A stretch of 64,000 bases of DNA from contig CAWCPV010000003.1 of the NCBI GenBank assembly GCA_963797555.1, forward strand, positions 1 to 64,000, read 5' to 3'. The translations under genes were made by a program, and so were the position numbers. Shown in pieces: positions 27,845-37,450 of the stretch. Within the stretch, counting starts at the first letter, position 1. Every line of letters begins with the position of its first letter. The notes beneath the pieces are model-generated. The model saw only the letters and a program-made list of their open reading frames with translations. It did not search any database and was not told the origin of the DNA. Source of the stretch: an uncultured Gammaproteobacteria bacterium (GTDB lineage Bacteria; Pseudomonadota; Gammaproteobacteria; CAWCPV01).

Positions 27845-29008
27845 TTACCTTGGGATCGCGTGCAGCAATGGCATCGCGTGCAACTGTTGTAGTTTCAGCG
27901 CGGGTATGTAGATGCGCAAGTTACCGGGCATGTGGATACTCACCTCGGATCCGGCCAGCACCACCTGTCCCTCCGGGGGCGTTGTGGAAACGACGCCTTG
28001 GTTGAGCTTGTCCTGGTCACCTGTGACCTTCACCAAGAGCTTGGCCGCGGTCATCTTCCCCAGCGCGTTCTGCAGTGTGTCCCCCTTCACGGTTGGAACC
28101 TTGACGGAGTCGCCTGCCACCCAGAGAGTGACCGCATCGCCTGGTTTCGCTTTGCTGAACGCTTCGGGGACCTGTCGGGTGACCTCCCCCACCTTGAACT
28201 CGAGCGTCGCCACCGCAGGCTCCTGCTTCACCGCCTTGAGCCCTGCACCCGTGAGCTGTTGCTGTGCAATCTCTAGCGACAGGCCGACGACGTTGGGAAC
28301 CGGGATCGCCACCGCCACCTCGGCCGCCGGCTTGGCCACCCACAAGGTGACCGGCGCGTCCTTGGCCACCGGCGCGCCGGTCTGCGGCTCCTGCTTGAAC
28401 ACGAAGCCCGGAGCGACCTCCGCGGTCTCCGTCGACTCTTCTTTGATGTTCTCGAGTCCGAGGTCTTTGAGCGCCTTGCGGGCGTCCTCGATGGTCATCT
28501 TCTTGGCAACCTCGGGCATCACTATCTCGCCGCCCTTCGGCCAAACCAGCCAGGTGACGAGGCCGCCCACGAGCAATACGACGGCCGCAGCCACGGCGAC
28601 TATCCACCAGGGAAACGGTTTCTTGACCTCGTCCTGTTTTCTGATCGGCTTTTCTTCGGGCGTGGGCATTTCCACCGACACCGTCGGCCCCTCCGTGACG
28701 TCCTCGCCAGCGCGTCCCTTCGCCGTCGAGTACACCTGCAGCTTGAACTTGTATGTGCCTGGGGCTGTGCCCGCGGGCAGCTTTGCCTTGACGGTGATTT
28801 GGTCCGTCTCGTTCACGGCCAACTGCCGCTCCGCCGGGCCCTCGATGCTGAACCAGCCCTCCTGGGCTGGCGGCTCCACGAGAACTTCGGCGCCTATGCC
28901 GAGTGGCGCCCCCGTAATGTTGGTCACCGAAAAGGCATGCTCCGCCACCCCGTCCTTGCTCGCCTTCACGGTCTGGCTTGCGGGTGTCACCGTCACGATG
29001 CTCGTCAT
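27845..29008 (-). CDS. Ig-like domain + TM + 3 PASTA repeats; last coupled gene of CIS operon
   Basis: FSVTN..W..I..ERQL N-terminal domain, PWWIVAV TM, repeats MPEVAK/VPNVVGLS/VPTVKG; overlaps upstream stop. Confidence 0.85.
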   Translation of the reverse strand: MTSIVTVTPASQTVKASKDGVAEHAFSVTNITGAPLGIGAEVLVEPPAQEGWFSIEGPAERQLAVNETDQITVKAKLPAGTAPGTYKFKLQVYSTAKGRAGEDVTEGPTVSVEMPTPEEKPIRKQDEVKKPFPWWIVAVAAAVVLLVGGLVTWLVWPKGGEIVMPEVAKKMTIEDARKALKDLGLENIKEESTETAEVAPGFVFKQEPQTGAPVAKDAPVTLWVAKPAAEVAVAIPVPNVVGLSLEIAQQQLTGAGLKAVKQEPAVATLEFKVGEVTRQVPEAFSKAKPGDAVTLWVAGDSVKVPTVKGDTLQNALGKMTAAKLLVKVTGDQDKLNQGVVSTTPPEGQVVLAGSEVSIHMPGNLRIYIPALKLQQLHAMPLLHAIPR

Positions 29009-29574
29009 TTGCCCTCTCCTCGGCCTGCGGGGCCGAATTCTAGCTCATAGGTCACGTAAGCCGGCTTCTCCTGGGCGATGATGCGGTCGATCAACGCCCG
29101 GTGAGGCGCCGCCTCCTCGGGCGCGCGCACGCGGATATGAAACGGTTTCGGCAAGCCGTCCGCGCCCGCCACGGTCTGGTCGATCTCGAAGCCGCGCAGG
29201 CCGGTCGCCGTCTCCAGGAACGAGCGCAGCCCGCGGGCGGTGCCGCGCCACTGCGACAAAAACGCGGCGGCGGCGATGAGTTCGCGAAGCCTACCCGGCC
29301 CGGTGGGCAGGGACCGGGGCGACCAGTCCCCAGGCAGTGCCCCCGGAGGAGGCGGCGGGAAGAACCGGTCCAGGTCCACCCACTCCGCCAGGAAGGGCAA
29401 GAACCGATCCGGGGTCCGGTAGGCACTGAAGGCGCAATCCACCGTAGCGAGCACCTGCTCGTCCGGACCGTGCAACGCCTCCATCAGCTTCACAATCGCC
29501 GACATCGGGCTGCCGTTGCGTAGCGTCCGCTGGAAGACCTCGGGGAGCAAGCGCTCAATCTCGCTGGCCTTCAT
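29005..29574 (-). CDS. CIS baseplate/tail protein (P2 gpI/gp7-like)
   Basis: LLPEVFQ, FLPFLAEWV, WRGTARGL, EKPAYVTY. Confidence 0.8.
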   Translation of the reverse strand: MKASEIERLLPEVFQRTLRNGSPMSAIVKLMEALHGPDEQVLATVDCAFSAYRTPDRFLPFLAEWVDLDRFFPPPPPGALPGDWSPRSLPTGPGRLRELIAAAAFLSQWRGTARGLRSFLETATGLRGFEIDQTVAGADGLPKPFHIRVRAPEEAAPHRALIDRIIAQEKPAYVTYELEFGPAGRGEGK

Positions 29575-32167
29575 CCTCGCTCACCACTTCGATGTCGTGC
29601 TGCCCGGAGCAGAACAGCCAGCTTGTCGGCACCGTCACTTGGTCGGCAAACTCTTTCGCAGAGCAGTTGCGGAAGCGCTCGGCCTGGTCCTCGCTGCAGT
29701 AGACGCCGGCGCTCCCGGCGGCCATCACCAGCCCGCCTTCCGGGCCCGCCATCACCGCATCCACCGGCTGGTGCAGCCGCTCGGTGTCGCGCAGCGGCAG
29801 ACCGCTGTCGAGCGCGGGCGCCTTCCATTCAGGCGCGCGCGCATCCGTGTCCAACTTCAGCACCCCGCCCCGGAAAGAGGCGGCGAACACGGTGGAGCCG
29901 GAGAACGCGAACGAGCGGCAGCCCCCGGCCGCCCAGTTCTTCTGGAGCGCGCGCCACCCCTCCGGGCTCTCCGCGGTCCCCGTGAGCCTCCAGCGAAAGC
30001 AGCCGTGGCCCGGGGCGGTGCCCGGTGCATCGACCCCGGCCCAGAGGTAACGGTCCGGCCCGCGGTGCTGGACCGTAAGCACGCGTACCAGCTCATTCTC
30101 CAGCCCGATGGCTGTGAAGGTGCCTGGCCTGCCGCCGCTGCTCGACAGAAACACCCCGTGGTCACTGCGGGCCGCTACCGCGACACTGGTCTGCCCCCAC
30201 ACGTCGGTGGAGACGGCGACCGAGTAGAAGCCGAGGTTCGGATCCTTGGAGTCCACCAGCACCGGCAAGGGGACCGCCTGCTCGCCCCAGGGCAGCTCGT
30301 ACAGTCCGCCCTCGGCGGCCAAGAGCAGGGCGGGGCCGCCCTCGCGCTCCACCCAAGCCATGTCGTCCACGCGGAACCGGGTTTGCGGGCCCTGGCGCCA
30401 GCTCTCCGCGCAGTCGAGGGAGAAGTAAATGCGGGAGCTCTCCGGCGGACCCTGCAGCCGCGTGCCGACGGCCACCAGCCCGGCGCGGCTCGCGCGGGCC
30501 ACAGCCTCGCGCGGGAAGGCTTTGACCGCGACGACCGCCTCCTCCGGGAAGCGGCGGATGAACTCCCAGCCGGCGCCGTCGTTCATGGAGCGGAACAGCC
30601 TGTCGCCGCTAGCCGCATACCACGTACGCGGCTGAAAGGCATCGGCCTCCAGCGCCGCGACCTGCGCGTCGGGCGCGTCGTCCACGCACAGCCGCAGCGT
30701 GCTCACCGACTGCACGCCGGGCTCGGAGCCTATCAGCTTGTAGACGTGCCAGACGCTCAGCGCCTGACCGAATGGCCAGCCGGGGGCGTCCGGGCTGCGC
30801 CACAGCGGGTTGATGGTCTGGTAGAGGCGGCGCAGCACCCGCGCCTTCACCGCCGCCGGATCCTCCTCGCGGTGCACGATGAGCCGGGCCGCGACCCGCA
30901 CCGGCTTGCAGCGAGCCCAGGCGACGACGCAGTTAGTGCCGAGCGGCTTGCGCTGGTCCAACGCGTCCTCGATCTGGCGGCGCACCGGCTCGACCTGCTG
31001 CGCCTGTAAGTCCTGCACGGCCACCGGACGGTCCGTGGGCAACTCGCCGAGCAGCCGCGGCACCAGCAGCACCTCCACGGTACCCGGCTGCGCGTGCGCC
31101 CACAGCGTCGCCCGGGTGAAGGCGCGGGCGCGGTCGACGGCCCCGGAGGCGCGCACCGCAGTGAGCTCGAAGTCGCGGGCCGTTACCGCCCGGCGCAAGG
31201 AGTGCAGCTCTTGTGGACCGCGGATCAGGGCGTTCTCCAGAGTCTCCGCCGCCCGCCCTCCGGAGGCCGGCGCTGGGTTCGTGACCGCGACCCCGGGGAC
31301 GGGGTCCTTGAGGACGGTGAGGGTGTTGGCGGCGACGTTGCCTTCCGCACCGCCGCCGCGCCGGTACCAGGCGCGGATCTGTCGGCCCGCGGCGGGGACA
31401 GCCGCCAGGGCCTCCGCCGCCTCTTGCAGCTTGCCGTCCGACCCGGCGGCCCGCACCGCGGGGGCGAAAGCGATGCGGCCGGCCAGGCGGTCCGCAACGT
31501 AAACATAGGGGTCGGGACCGATGTCGGTGAAGTTCGCGACTTCCCGCCAGACGCGGAAGGCCCGGCCATCCGCCTGTCTGGCGTGCTCCTGCACGGCGAT
31601 CTCCTCCGCGGCGGCTTCCACCCCGACGACCAAGTCCAGACCGTCCCCGCTCGGGGCGACGATGGGAGGCCGTTTTACCTGGACCGAGAGCCCCGGCAGC
31701 CCCGTACTTGTGCCGAGCTGCTCCCCCTCGACGAGGTCGCAGTGGTAGGCCAAAGTCTCGACCTGCGAGGCTCCCGCCTCGATGGCGACGGTCTGCAGCG
31801 TGACGAATACCGGGGCCTCCTGGCCAGGCGCGGCCCGCGCCGCGGTCACCCGCGTGCCGCGCGGGATGACCGTGGGACCGTCGATGGGGCGCGCCAGGCT
31901 GAACTGCAGCGTCGCGCAGGCGGCGCCCGGCGGCTGCAGCATGACGCCGATGAGCCGCAGGAACTCGACGTATGCCTTCTCCGGCAGGCGGTTCAGCCGG
32001 TAGATCATGACCTCGGTGAGGTGGGCGAATACCTCCAGCAGCACCATGCCGGGATCGCCCGGCGAGAGGTCCGTCCACTCGGGACAGGACCGCTCGATCA
32101 GGCGCTTCGCTTCCGCCACGAGGTCATCGAAGCGGCGGTCGTCGAGATTGGGCGGACGCAGTGGCAT
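29555..32167 (-). CDS. CIS baseplate J/gp6-like protein fused to BNR/Asp-box beta-propeller region
   Basis: PNLDDRRFDDLV..PEWTD..DPG, GGGAEGNV, RAVTARDFE; C-terminal SxDxGxxW-like repeats. Confidence 0.85.
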   Translation of the reverse strand: MPLRPPNLDDRRFDDLVAEAKRLIERSCPEWTDLSPGDPGMVLLEVFAHLTEVMIYRLNRLPEKAYVEFLRLIGVMLQPPGAACATLQFSLARPIDGPTVIPRGTRVTAARAAPGQEAPVFVTLQTVAIEAGASQVETLAYHCDLVEGEQLGTSTGLPGLSVQVKRPPIVAPSGDGLDLVVGVEAAAEEIAVQEHARQADGRAFRVWREVANFTDIGPDPYVYVADRLAGRIAFAPAVRAAGSDGKLQEAAEALAAVPAAGRQIRAWYRRGGGAEGNVAANTLTVLKDPVPGVAVTNPAPASGGRAAETLENALIRGPQELHSLRRAVTARDFELTAVRASGAVDRARAFTRATLWAHAQPGTVEVLLVPRLLGELPTDRPVAVQDLQAQQVEPVRRQIEDALDQRKPLGTNCVVAWARCKPVRVAARLIVHREEDPAAVKARVLRRLYQTINPLWRSPDAPGWPFGQALSVWHVYKLIGSEPGVQSVSTLRLCVDDAPDAQVAALEADAFQPRTWYAASGDRLFRSMNDGAGWEFIRRFPEEAVVAVKAFPREAVARASRAGLVAVGTRLQGPPESSRIYFSLDCAESWRQGPQTRFRVDDMAWVEREGGPALLLAAEGGLYELPWGEQAVPLPVLVDSKDPNLGFYSVAVSTDVWGQTSVAVAARSDHGVFLSSSGGRPGTFTAIGLENELVRVLTVQHRGPDRYLWAGVDAPGTAPGHGCFRWRLTGTAESPEGWRALQKNWAAGGCRSFAFSGSTVFAASFRGGVLKLDTDARAPEWKAPALDSGLPLRDTERLHQPVDAVMAGPEGGLVMAAGSAGVYCSEDQAERFRNCSAKEFADQVTVPTSWLFCSGQHDIEVVSEDEGQRD

Positions 32168-32598
32168 CAGATCTCGGCTTCCGAAAGATAGAGCGGAAAC
32201 AGGAGCCTCTGGCTGTGCTGGGTGGAGCGCACCCGGTATTCCAGGAGGATGTCCATGCGCGTCGGGTCTTCGGCGCTGCGCCCCGCGTCTACACGCAGGA
32301 TGTCGATGCGCGGCTCCCAGCGCTCCAGCGCCTGGCGTACGTAGTGCATGGCCAACCCCGCGCTGGTGTCGTCGTTCGGACTGAACACCACGCGGCCCAG
32401 ATAGCAGCCGTACTCGGGGCGCATCACGCGCTCGCCCGGCCGGGTGGTCAGCAGCAGCAGGATGGCCTGTCGCACCGAGAGATGGTCTTCCACCATCTCG
32501 ATGCCACCCTTGGTCGACAGACGCAGGCCCGTTCCGGCCTCCCCCTCGTCGAAGTCGGGGTGCACGAAGCGCCAGGCGCGGTAACGAGGCCGCGCCAT
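32167..32598 (-). CDS. GPW/gp25 baseplate wedge protein
   Basis: LLLTTRPGERVMRPEYGC, WEPRI. Confidence 0.9.
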   Translation of the reverse strand: MARPRYRAWRFVHPDFDEGEAGTGLRLSTKGGIEMVEDHLSVRQAILLLLTTRPGERVMRPEYGCYLGRVVFSPNDDTSAGLAMHYVRQALERWEPRIDILRVDAGRSAEDPTRMDILLEYRVRSTQHSQRLLFPLYLSEAEI

Positions 32599-32600
32599 CA

Positions 32601-32741
32601 GAGCTTGTGAAGAAGTCGTCGCGAGCGGCCCGAGAGCCAGGCGCACGGAGCGCAGCGACGAGACATATCAGGTAGATAGACGAGGAGCGAGCACCGCGCA
32701 ACGAAGCTCACGGGACGCGCAGTAGATTTATTCACGAGCTC
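32601..32741. mobile_element. 141-bp MITE-like insertion with 3-bp TCA target duplication
   Basis: Terminal inverted repeats gagcttgtgaagaa / ttattcacgagctc; TCA at 32598-32600 and 32742-32744. Confidence 0.75.
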
Positions 32742-33083
32742 TCAGCCCTCCGCGATCAGCGCCTGCCCAGGACTGCGCACCTTGTAGGGCACGGTCCCGG
32801 GCGGCGTGCCGTCGGTGAGTCCCGTGACGGTGTCGAGACACACGCGCCTGCCGTCGATGCGTATCAGGTCGGAGTATCCCGACTGCACACGCAGGGTCTT
32901 GCCGCAGGGCTTGATGGTCGGGCCCACGTTGGGACAGCCCTTGATCGGCCGGCCTTCCGGGTCGGTCTCCACCAGCGCGCGGCGGCGCTCCACGGTCACC
33001 AGGTCCTGCGTGGCGACGATGTTCACGATACCCAGCTCGTGGGCACACACCAGCACGGCGTCCTCGGTGAGCCAGCGCATCAT
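32742..33083 (-). CDS. PAAR-like spike-tip protein
   Basis: LVCAH, IKGCP, KPC, IRIDGRRV, GLTDG; immediately after the spike gene. Confidence 0.7.
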   Translation of the reverse strand: MMRWLTEDAVLVCAHELGIVNIVATQDLVTVERRRALVETDPEGRPIKGCPNVGPTIKPCGKTLRVQSGYSDLIRIDGRRVCLDTVTGLTDGTPPGTVPYKVRSPGQALIAEG

Positions 33084-34651
33084 CCCCTCTGGAAGTCGAT
33101 GGACTGTCCCCGGATGGTGACCGCCCTGCCCGGGGCCTCGATCTCGAGGTCCGCCGCCGCGTGGATGCGCACCGTGCCGCCGGCGAGCTCCACGTAGCTC
33201 CCGCTGCTCGCGAGGAGCCGCGCACGGCCGGGCGACAGCTCCAGACGGTGGCCGCCGCTGTTGTCGACCCGCACCCGCCCCTTGTCGTCGTCGAGCTGGA
33301 TGCGCTGGCCACCCGGCGTCGTGAACGTATAGCGCTTCACCGCGCCCCCCTCCACACCCGCATCCGGTGGTCCCTGCTTGCCGTAGAGGCCGCCCAACAC
33401 CACCGCCTGGCCGGGATCCTCCGCACCCACCAGCAGCAGGACCCGGTCGCCCACGTCCGGCAGGCTCACCAGCCCCTTCTTGTCGCCGGCGCCGGGTGTC
33501 AGCACCTCCAGCCAGTCGCTTTCCACGTCCTGGTAACCGGGCAACGACACTCGCACCCGGCCGAGACGCTCCGGGTCGTCCACCCGCGTGACCATGCCGA
33601 TGGTGGACACCGCGGCACGCGAGCGCACGCGCGGCTGAGGCGCCGCCGTCTCGATCTCCGACAGGAAGCCGCGCTCGCGGTCCACGGTGTGGTTCACCGA
33701 GGTCAGCACGTAGCGCCCGTCGAGCGCGCGAGTCAGGCCTTGGACATCGATCGGCGTTCCCGGGCGGAGCCGCGGGTCGCCCTCCGCCATACCCCACAGG
33801 GCGACCTCACCGGCCGTGCGCCGGTCCAGCTCGGCTTGCGCCAGTGCGCTCGCCTGAGCATCGGACTGTACGGTGACATCGGCGAGGGTGCGGGCACCTT
33901 TCGCGCCGAGCCGCTCCGGCGGCGCCTCCGCCGCCACACGCCGTCCCACCCGTGTCCCACCCGCCGCGCCGCGTCGGGCCTCGGCGAGCCAGGGGTCCCA
34001 ACCCAGGGCTTCCACCGATCGACAGGCGGGCTCGCCGCTCACCTGGACGCGGGCATCCAGCAGCGTCCGTCCCATGGCGAGGGGAAGCGCCGCGCCGATC
34101 CCCTCCAGGCTCAGCAGATGTAGCGTCTCGTCCCGCAGGGTGAAGTAGAGCCCGGCCCGCTCCGCGACCTCGATCATGAGGTCCAAGTCCGACTGCCGGA
34201 ACTGCATCAGGGTGTCCCACTCGGGACCGCTCTCGGCTGCCTCGATCTCGATGCCCAAGTCCGCTGTCAGCTCGCTCGCCAGGTCCTTCAGGGTCACGCG
34301 GGTATGGCGCCGCACCGGCTGGCGCTTGCGCAATCGGTGCAGCAGGTCGTAGGCGCGCAGGCGGACGAGCATTCCTCCGGCGGGCCCGTACTGGATCTCG
34401 GCCGCGGTCACCTGCCCGTCGAACAGGACCGGCGTGGTGCGCTCGATTGCGAGGTGCAGGGACATGCCGGGCAATGACGACGCCCGCTCGGCGAATCTCG
34501 GGTCCGGGTCCACGAAGGTGAGCTCGCAAAGGGTCGGCAGCGAGAGCCGCTGCTGCACCCGCACCTCGCCGAGCGCCCGCGCCTCCTCGGGCGCCAGCGA
34601 CGCGCCATCGAGCTCTACGACGAGCTTCGGAAGGCTCGCCAGCGCACTCAT
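33080..34651 (-). CDS. VgrG-like hub/spike (gp27-gp5, baseplate assembly protein V)
   Basis: RVQQRLSLPT, QFRQSD, GDPRLRPG, DPERLGRVRV, LPDVGDRVL. Confidence 0.88.
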   Translation of the reverse strand: MSALASLPKLVVELDGASLAPEEARALGEVRVQQRLSLPTLCELTFVDPDPRFAERASSLPGMSLHLAIERTTPVLFDGQVTAAEIQYGPAGGMLVRLRAYDLLHRLRKRQPVRRHTRVTLKDLASELTADLGIEIEAAESGPEWDTLMQFRQSDLDLMIEVAERAGLYFTLRDETLHLLSLEGIGAALPLAMGRTLLDARVQVSGEPACRSVEALGWDPWLAEARRGAAGGTRVGRRVAAEAPPERLGAKGARTLADVTVQSDAQASALAQAELDRRTAGEVALWGMAEGDPRLRPGTPIDVQGLTRALDGRYVLTSVNHTVDRERGFLSEIETAAPQPRVRSRAAVSTIGMVTRVDDPERLGRVRVSLPGYQDVESDWLEVLTPGAGDKKGLVSLPDVGDRVLLLVGAEDPGQAVVLGGLYGKQGPPDAGVEGGAVKRYTFTTPGGQRIQLDDDKGRVRVDNSGGHRLELSPGRARLLASSGSYVELAGGTVRIHAAADLEIEAPGRAVTIRGQSIDFQRG

Positions 34652-35439
34652 TGCCCGAGCCCGAGGTCGGCGAGCCGCGGCACTTGGAGCAGCGAGCCGA
34701 AACACAAGTGCAAAGGGTCGGCGATACCGTTGAAGTCCGCCAGCAAACGCCACAGCCCCGGGTCACCGTAGTGCAGGTGCGCGACCTGGTCCAGGCGCTC
34801 ATCGCACATGGGAGGTCCCTCGGCCTCCTCGGCCGCGGCCTCGGCGCCCCTCAGCTCGTGGACGTCGGCTCGCTCGGCCGCAACATCCCGCACCTCCTGC
34901 GCCAGCTCGGTCCAGGACTCGGGCGCGACAGCCCCTCCCGGCGCAGCGGCGCCGCCTCCCATAGGCAGCGCGGCCGCGGGCGGTTCGGCGATGCGCGCGA
35001 GCCGCATGCGCAGCCACGAGCGCGTGGGCACTCCGCCCGGGGTGAAGTGTTCCAGCCGCTCCGCGACCGCGATCACGATGGCCGGCATGTTCCGGCTCTT
35101 GCCCCAGACGACACGAAACTTCGGCAGCCGGCCGTAGCTCTGCGGATGGCGAGTGTTCTCGGCCAGATCCCAGATCGGCGCCGTGAGGTCGCGCACGTCG
35201 TCGCTCGCGATGGAGGACCCGGCCAGGGACACGTCGAACAGCAGGTCCAAGTCCAGCTCCGTGCTCCCGCCGCCGGTGAGCAGCAACGGGTCGTCCGCAA
35301 GCTCCGCGCCCGCGACCAGGCCCCCGGTCGATCGGCGCCGTTCGACCCCGGCGCGGCGGCGCAGGACAAGGGTCTCCGGGTTGAGGAGGCAGCCTAGCTG
35401 CTCCCCCGTATCTTCGAGCAGGAAGGCTACGCGCTCCAC
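34648..35439 (-). CDS. CIS tube-initiator protein with LysM-like C-terminus
   Basis: LNPETL, LDLLFD, VVWGK, AERLEHF, ERLDQVA..YGDPGLWRLLA.FNGIADPL. Confidence 0.75.
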   Translation of the reverse strand: MERVAFLLEDTGEQLGCLLNPETLVLRRRAGVERRRSTGGLVAGAELADDPLLLTGGGSTELDLDLLFDVSLAGSSIASDDVRDLTAPIWDLAENTRHPQSYGRLPKFRVVWGKSRNMPAIVIAVAERLEHFTPGGVPTRSWLRMRLARIAEPPAAALPMGGGAAAPGGAVAPESWTELAQEVRDVAAERADVHELRGAEAAAEEAEGPPMCDERLDQVAHLHYGDPGLWRLLADFNGIADPLHLCFGSLLQVPRLADLGLGQ

Positions 35440-36854
35440 GGAATGCCCCTTTGCTCCCTGTCCAGGTGCCGCTCCCTTTCTGCTCGGAGGCGCTCCGCAG
35501 ATAGGACCCGGGCGATAACATGCTCACCGCCGCCGGCAGGCGACGGAAGGCTGGGCCACCGGTCGGGTGATTCGTCGGAGATCGGGGAATCGGCGGTCAC
35601 GGATTCGGGCAGGCTGGGCCAGGCGCCGGCGGAACGGTGCGCCGGCGCGAGCCAGAAGCCTGTCGCCGCGAGGGGCGGCCCGCCCGATATGGGCCCCTCT
35701 GGCACCGGGCAGAGCCTGATGCCGCCCGGACCGGCGGCAATGCTCGGGTATTCGGGCTGAGGCTGACCGGCAAAGGTCCGAGGCGGCGCCGTAGCGGCCT
35801 GCGGACCTTGGGTCGACCCCGCGGGCTGTTCTTCTACGCCTGCGGCCGACGATGTGCTCGGCGCTGCCAAAGGCTCTGTGCGCTCGGGAAGCAACGCATG
35901 CCTGAAGAAATCGAGATCCGGAGCAGGGGCCGTCGCTCGCCGGTTCGGCTCTCTGCGAGGCGGGGCTTGTGGCTCCGGCACTCTCGTCGCCGTGGCCGCG
36001 CCGGGGGACTGCGGCGGCACTGGAGCCGGTCCCGCTCGGCTCTGCGAGACCGGAGCCGTCGCGTTGGGCGACGACCGTCTGCGCGGGGGCTTCCACCAAG
36101 GCCGCTGCGCGCCGGTGGAGGCAGGCCGGCGGGTGACCGTGCCGGGCTGGCGCGCATCCGACGAAGCTACCGGGACGGCGTTTGCTCGGGGCTCGGACCC
36201 GCTCACCGGCGATTCCGGGTTCATTGCCGGCCCCGGCTGGGCGAGATTCGGGTTCGTACGTCGCCGATCGGGCGCAGGCACCTGCCGCTGCTCTTCGTCT
36301 GGCCGCTGGGGCAAACGCGGGGCGGACCATTCCGGCCTTACGCCAGCCTGAATCCCGGCGCGACGCACACCGGCGGCCTCCGCGGTCGCGGCCGCCCCGC
36401 GCATCCTGCCCGCAGCGCCCTCGGCCTCATCCCGGGGCACCTGCGGTCGGGAATGGTCTGTTCCGCAGTGGGCCGCATGCGAGTGCGGGGAGACCCCAAT
36501 GGGCGACGGAGGCGCGGAAACGGCCGCGGGGCCGCCCGTGTCGGTTGCGGGGAAAGTCTCCGCGCTCGGCTCCGGGGAAGGCAGCATGGCACCGGACTGG
36601 GCACCGCGCAGAAGCTGCGGTGCATGCCGGCGCACCAATCGCAGCCAGTGTTCCGGGGCACCCACGGTCGGCCGGACGGCCATCCCGTCCACCTGCCGGG
36701 ACTCACCCGGAGCCGAGGCGGTCGCCGGCATCTCGTCCGGCTCTCTTCGCTCTACCCCCGGCTGCGGTTCCCGAGCAGCCTCCAACCTGTCCGCCAAGGC
36801 GCCCAGCCACTGCGCCAAGCGGCGACGCAACGCCCGTTGCATCGTCCCGGTCAC
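35427..36854 (-). CDS. Pro/Ala-rich low-complexity CIS-associated protein
   Basis: Fills gap between tube and initiator with coupled ends; ends WPSLP..RHLDREQRG. Confidence 0.45.
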   Translation of the reverse strand: MTGTMQRALRRRLAQWLGALADRLEAAREPQPGVERREPDEMPATASAPGESRQVDGMAVRPTVGAPEHWLRLVRRHAPQLLRGAQSGAMLPSPEPSAETFPATDTGGPAAVSAPPSPIGVSPHSHAAHCGTDHSRPQVPRDEAEGAAGRMRGAAATAEAAGVRRAGIQAGVRPEWSAPRLPQRPDEEQRQVPAPDRRRTNPNLAQPGPAMNPESPVSGSEPRANAVPVASSDARQPGTVTRRPASTGAQRPWWKPPRRRSSPNATAPVSQSRAGPAPVPPQSPGAATATRVPEPQAPPRREPNRRATAPAPDLDFFRHALLPERTEPLAAPSTSSAAGVEEQPAGSTQGPQAATAPPRTFAGQPQPEYPSIAAGPGGIRLCPVPEGPISGGPPLAATGFWLAPAHRSAGAWPSLPESVTADSPISDESPDRWPSLPSPAGGGEHVIARVLSAERLRAERERHLDREQRGIPWSA

Positions 36855-36856
36855 AC

Positions 36857-37288
36857 TCAGTCGGCGCGCTTCAGTTCATCCGCGACCAGTGTCATGGTTT
36901 CGATCGCGGCGGCGGGGGCCATGGCTTCGAGCTTCGCCGCTCGCCAGTCCGTCAGCCAAGCGCGGAACAGGTTCCAGCGCGTGACCTCCTGCACCGCGTC
37001 GGTGCCCAGGAGGATGATGGAGACGTCCCTGCGCGTAACCTTTCCCTCCAGTCCTTCTTTGAACCAATCCCAGAGCGAGTTGGTCTTGCTGAGGCCATAA
37101 CGCAGCGTCACCTCGCCGACCTTGGCCCAACCGGGAAGCCTGCGCACCCAGGGCGCATCGCCGCCCGCCCGGTACTCGATGGCCTCCACCTTGACCCCCA
37201 GGCCGCTCACCTCGGTGAAATACGCGGCCGTCGCACCCTGGATGTCGAGTTTGAAGCTGTACGCGCGATAGATATCGTCGTCGGGCAT
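36857..37288 (-). CDS. Tail tube protein (T4 gp19-like)
   Basis: FTEVSGL, IEYRAGG, VTLRYG, LWDW, RRDVSI, RWNL..AW, AIET. Confidence 0.92.
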   Translation of the reverse strand: MPDDDIYRAYSFKLDIQGATAAYFTEVSGLGVKVEAIEYRAGGDAPWVRRLPGWAKVGEVTLRYGLSKTNSLWDWFKEGLEGKVTRRDVSIILLGTDAVQEVTRWNLFRAWLTDWRAAKLEAMAPAAAIETMTLVADELKRAD

Positions 37289-37319
37289 GGACTGGCTCCT
37301 CCGTCCGTGATCTGTTTAA

Positions 37320-37414
37320 CCGGTCATGGTGACTTTCGCCGCGTCGCATCATGAAAGCGCGCGCCATGACCGGCTCCCTCACCCCTAGCCCTCTCCCGCG
37401 AGCGGCGAGGGGGA
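37320..37414. repeat. Intergenic palindromes (REP-like) between sheath and tube
   Basis: ccggtcatgg...ccatgaccgg stem, then ccctcacccctagccctctccc..gaggggg. Confidence 0.45.
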
Positions 37415-37450
37415 ATTTGGTGCGCCTTCGGGGCACCTTCCCGTCAAGCA

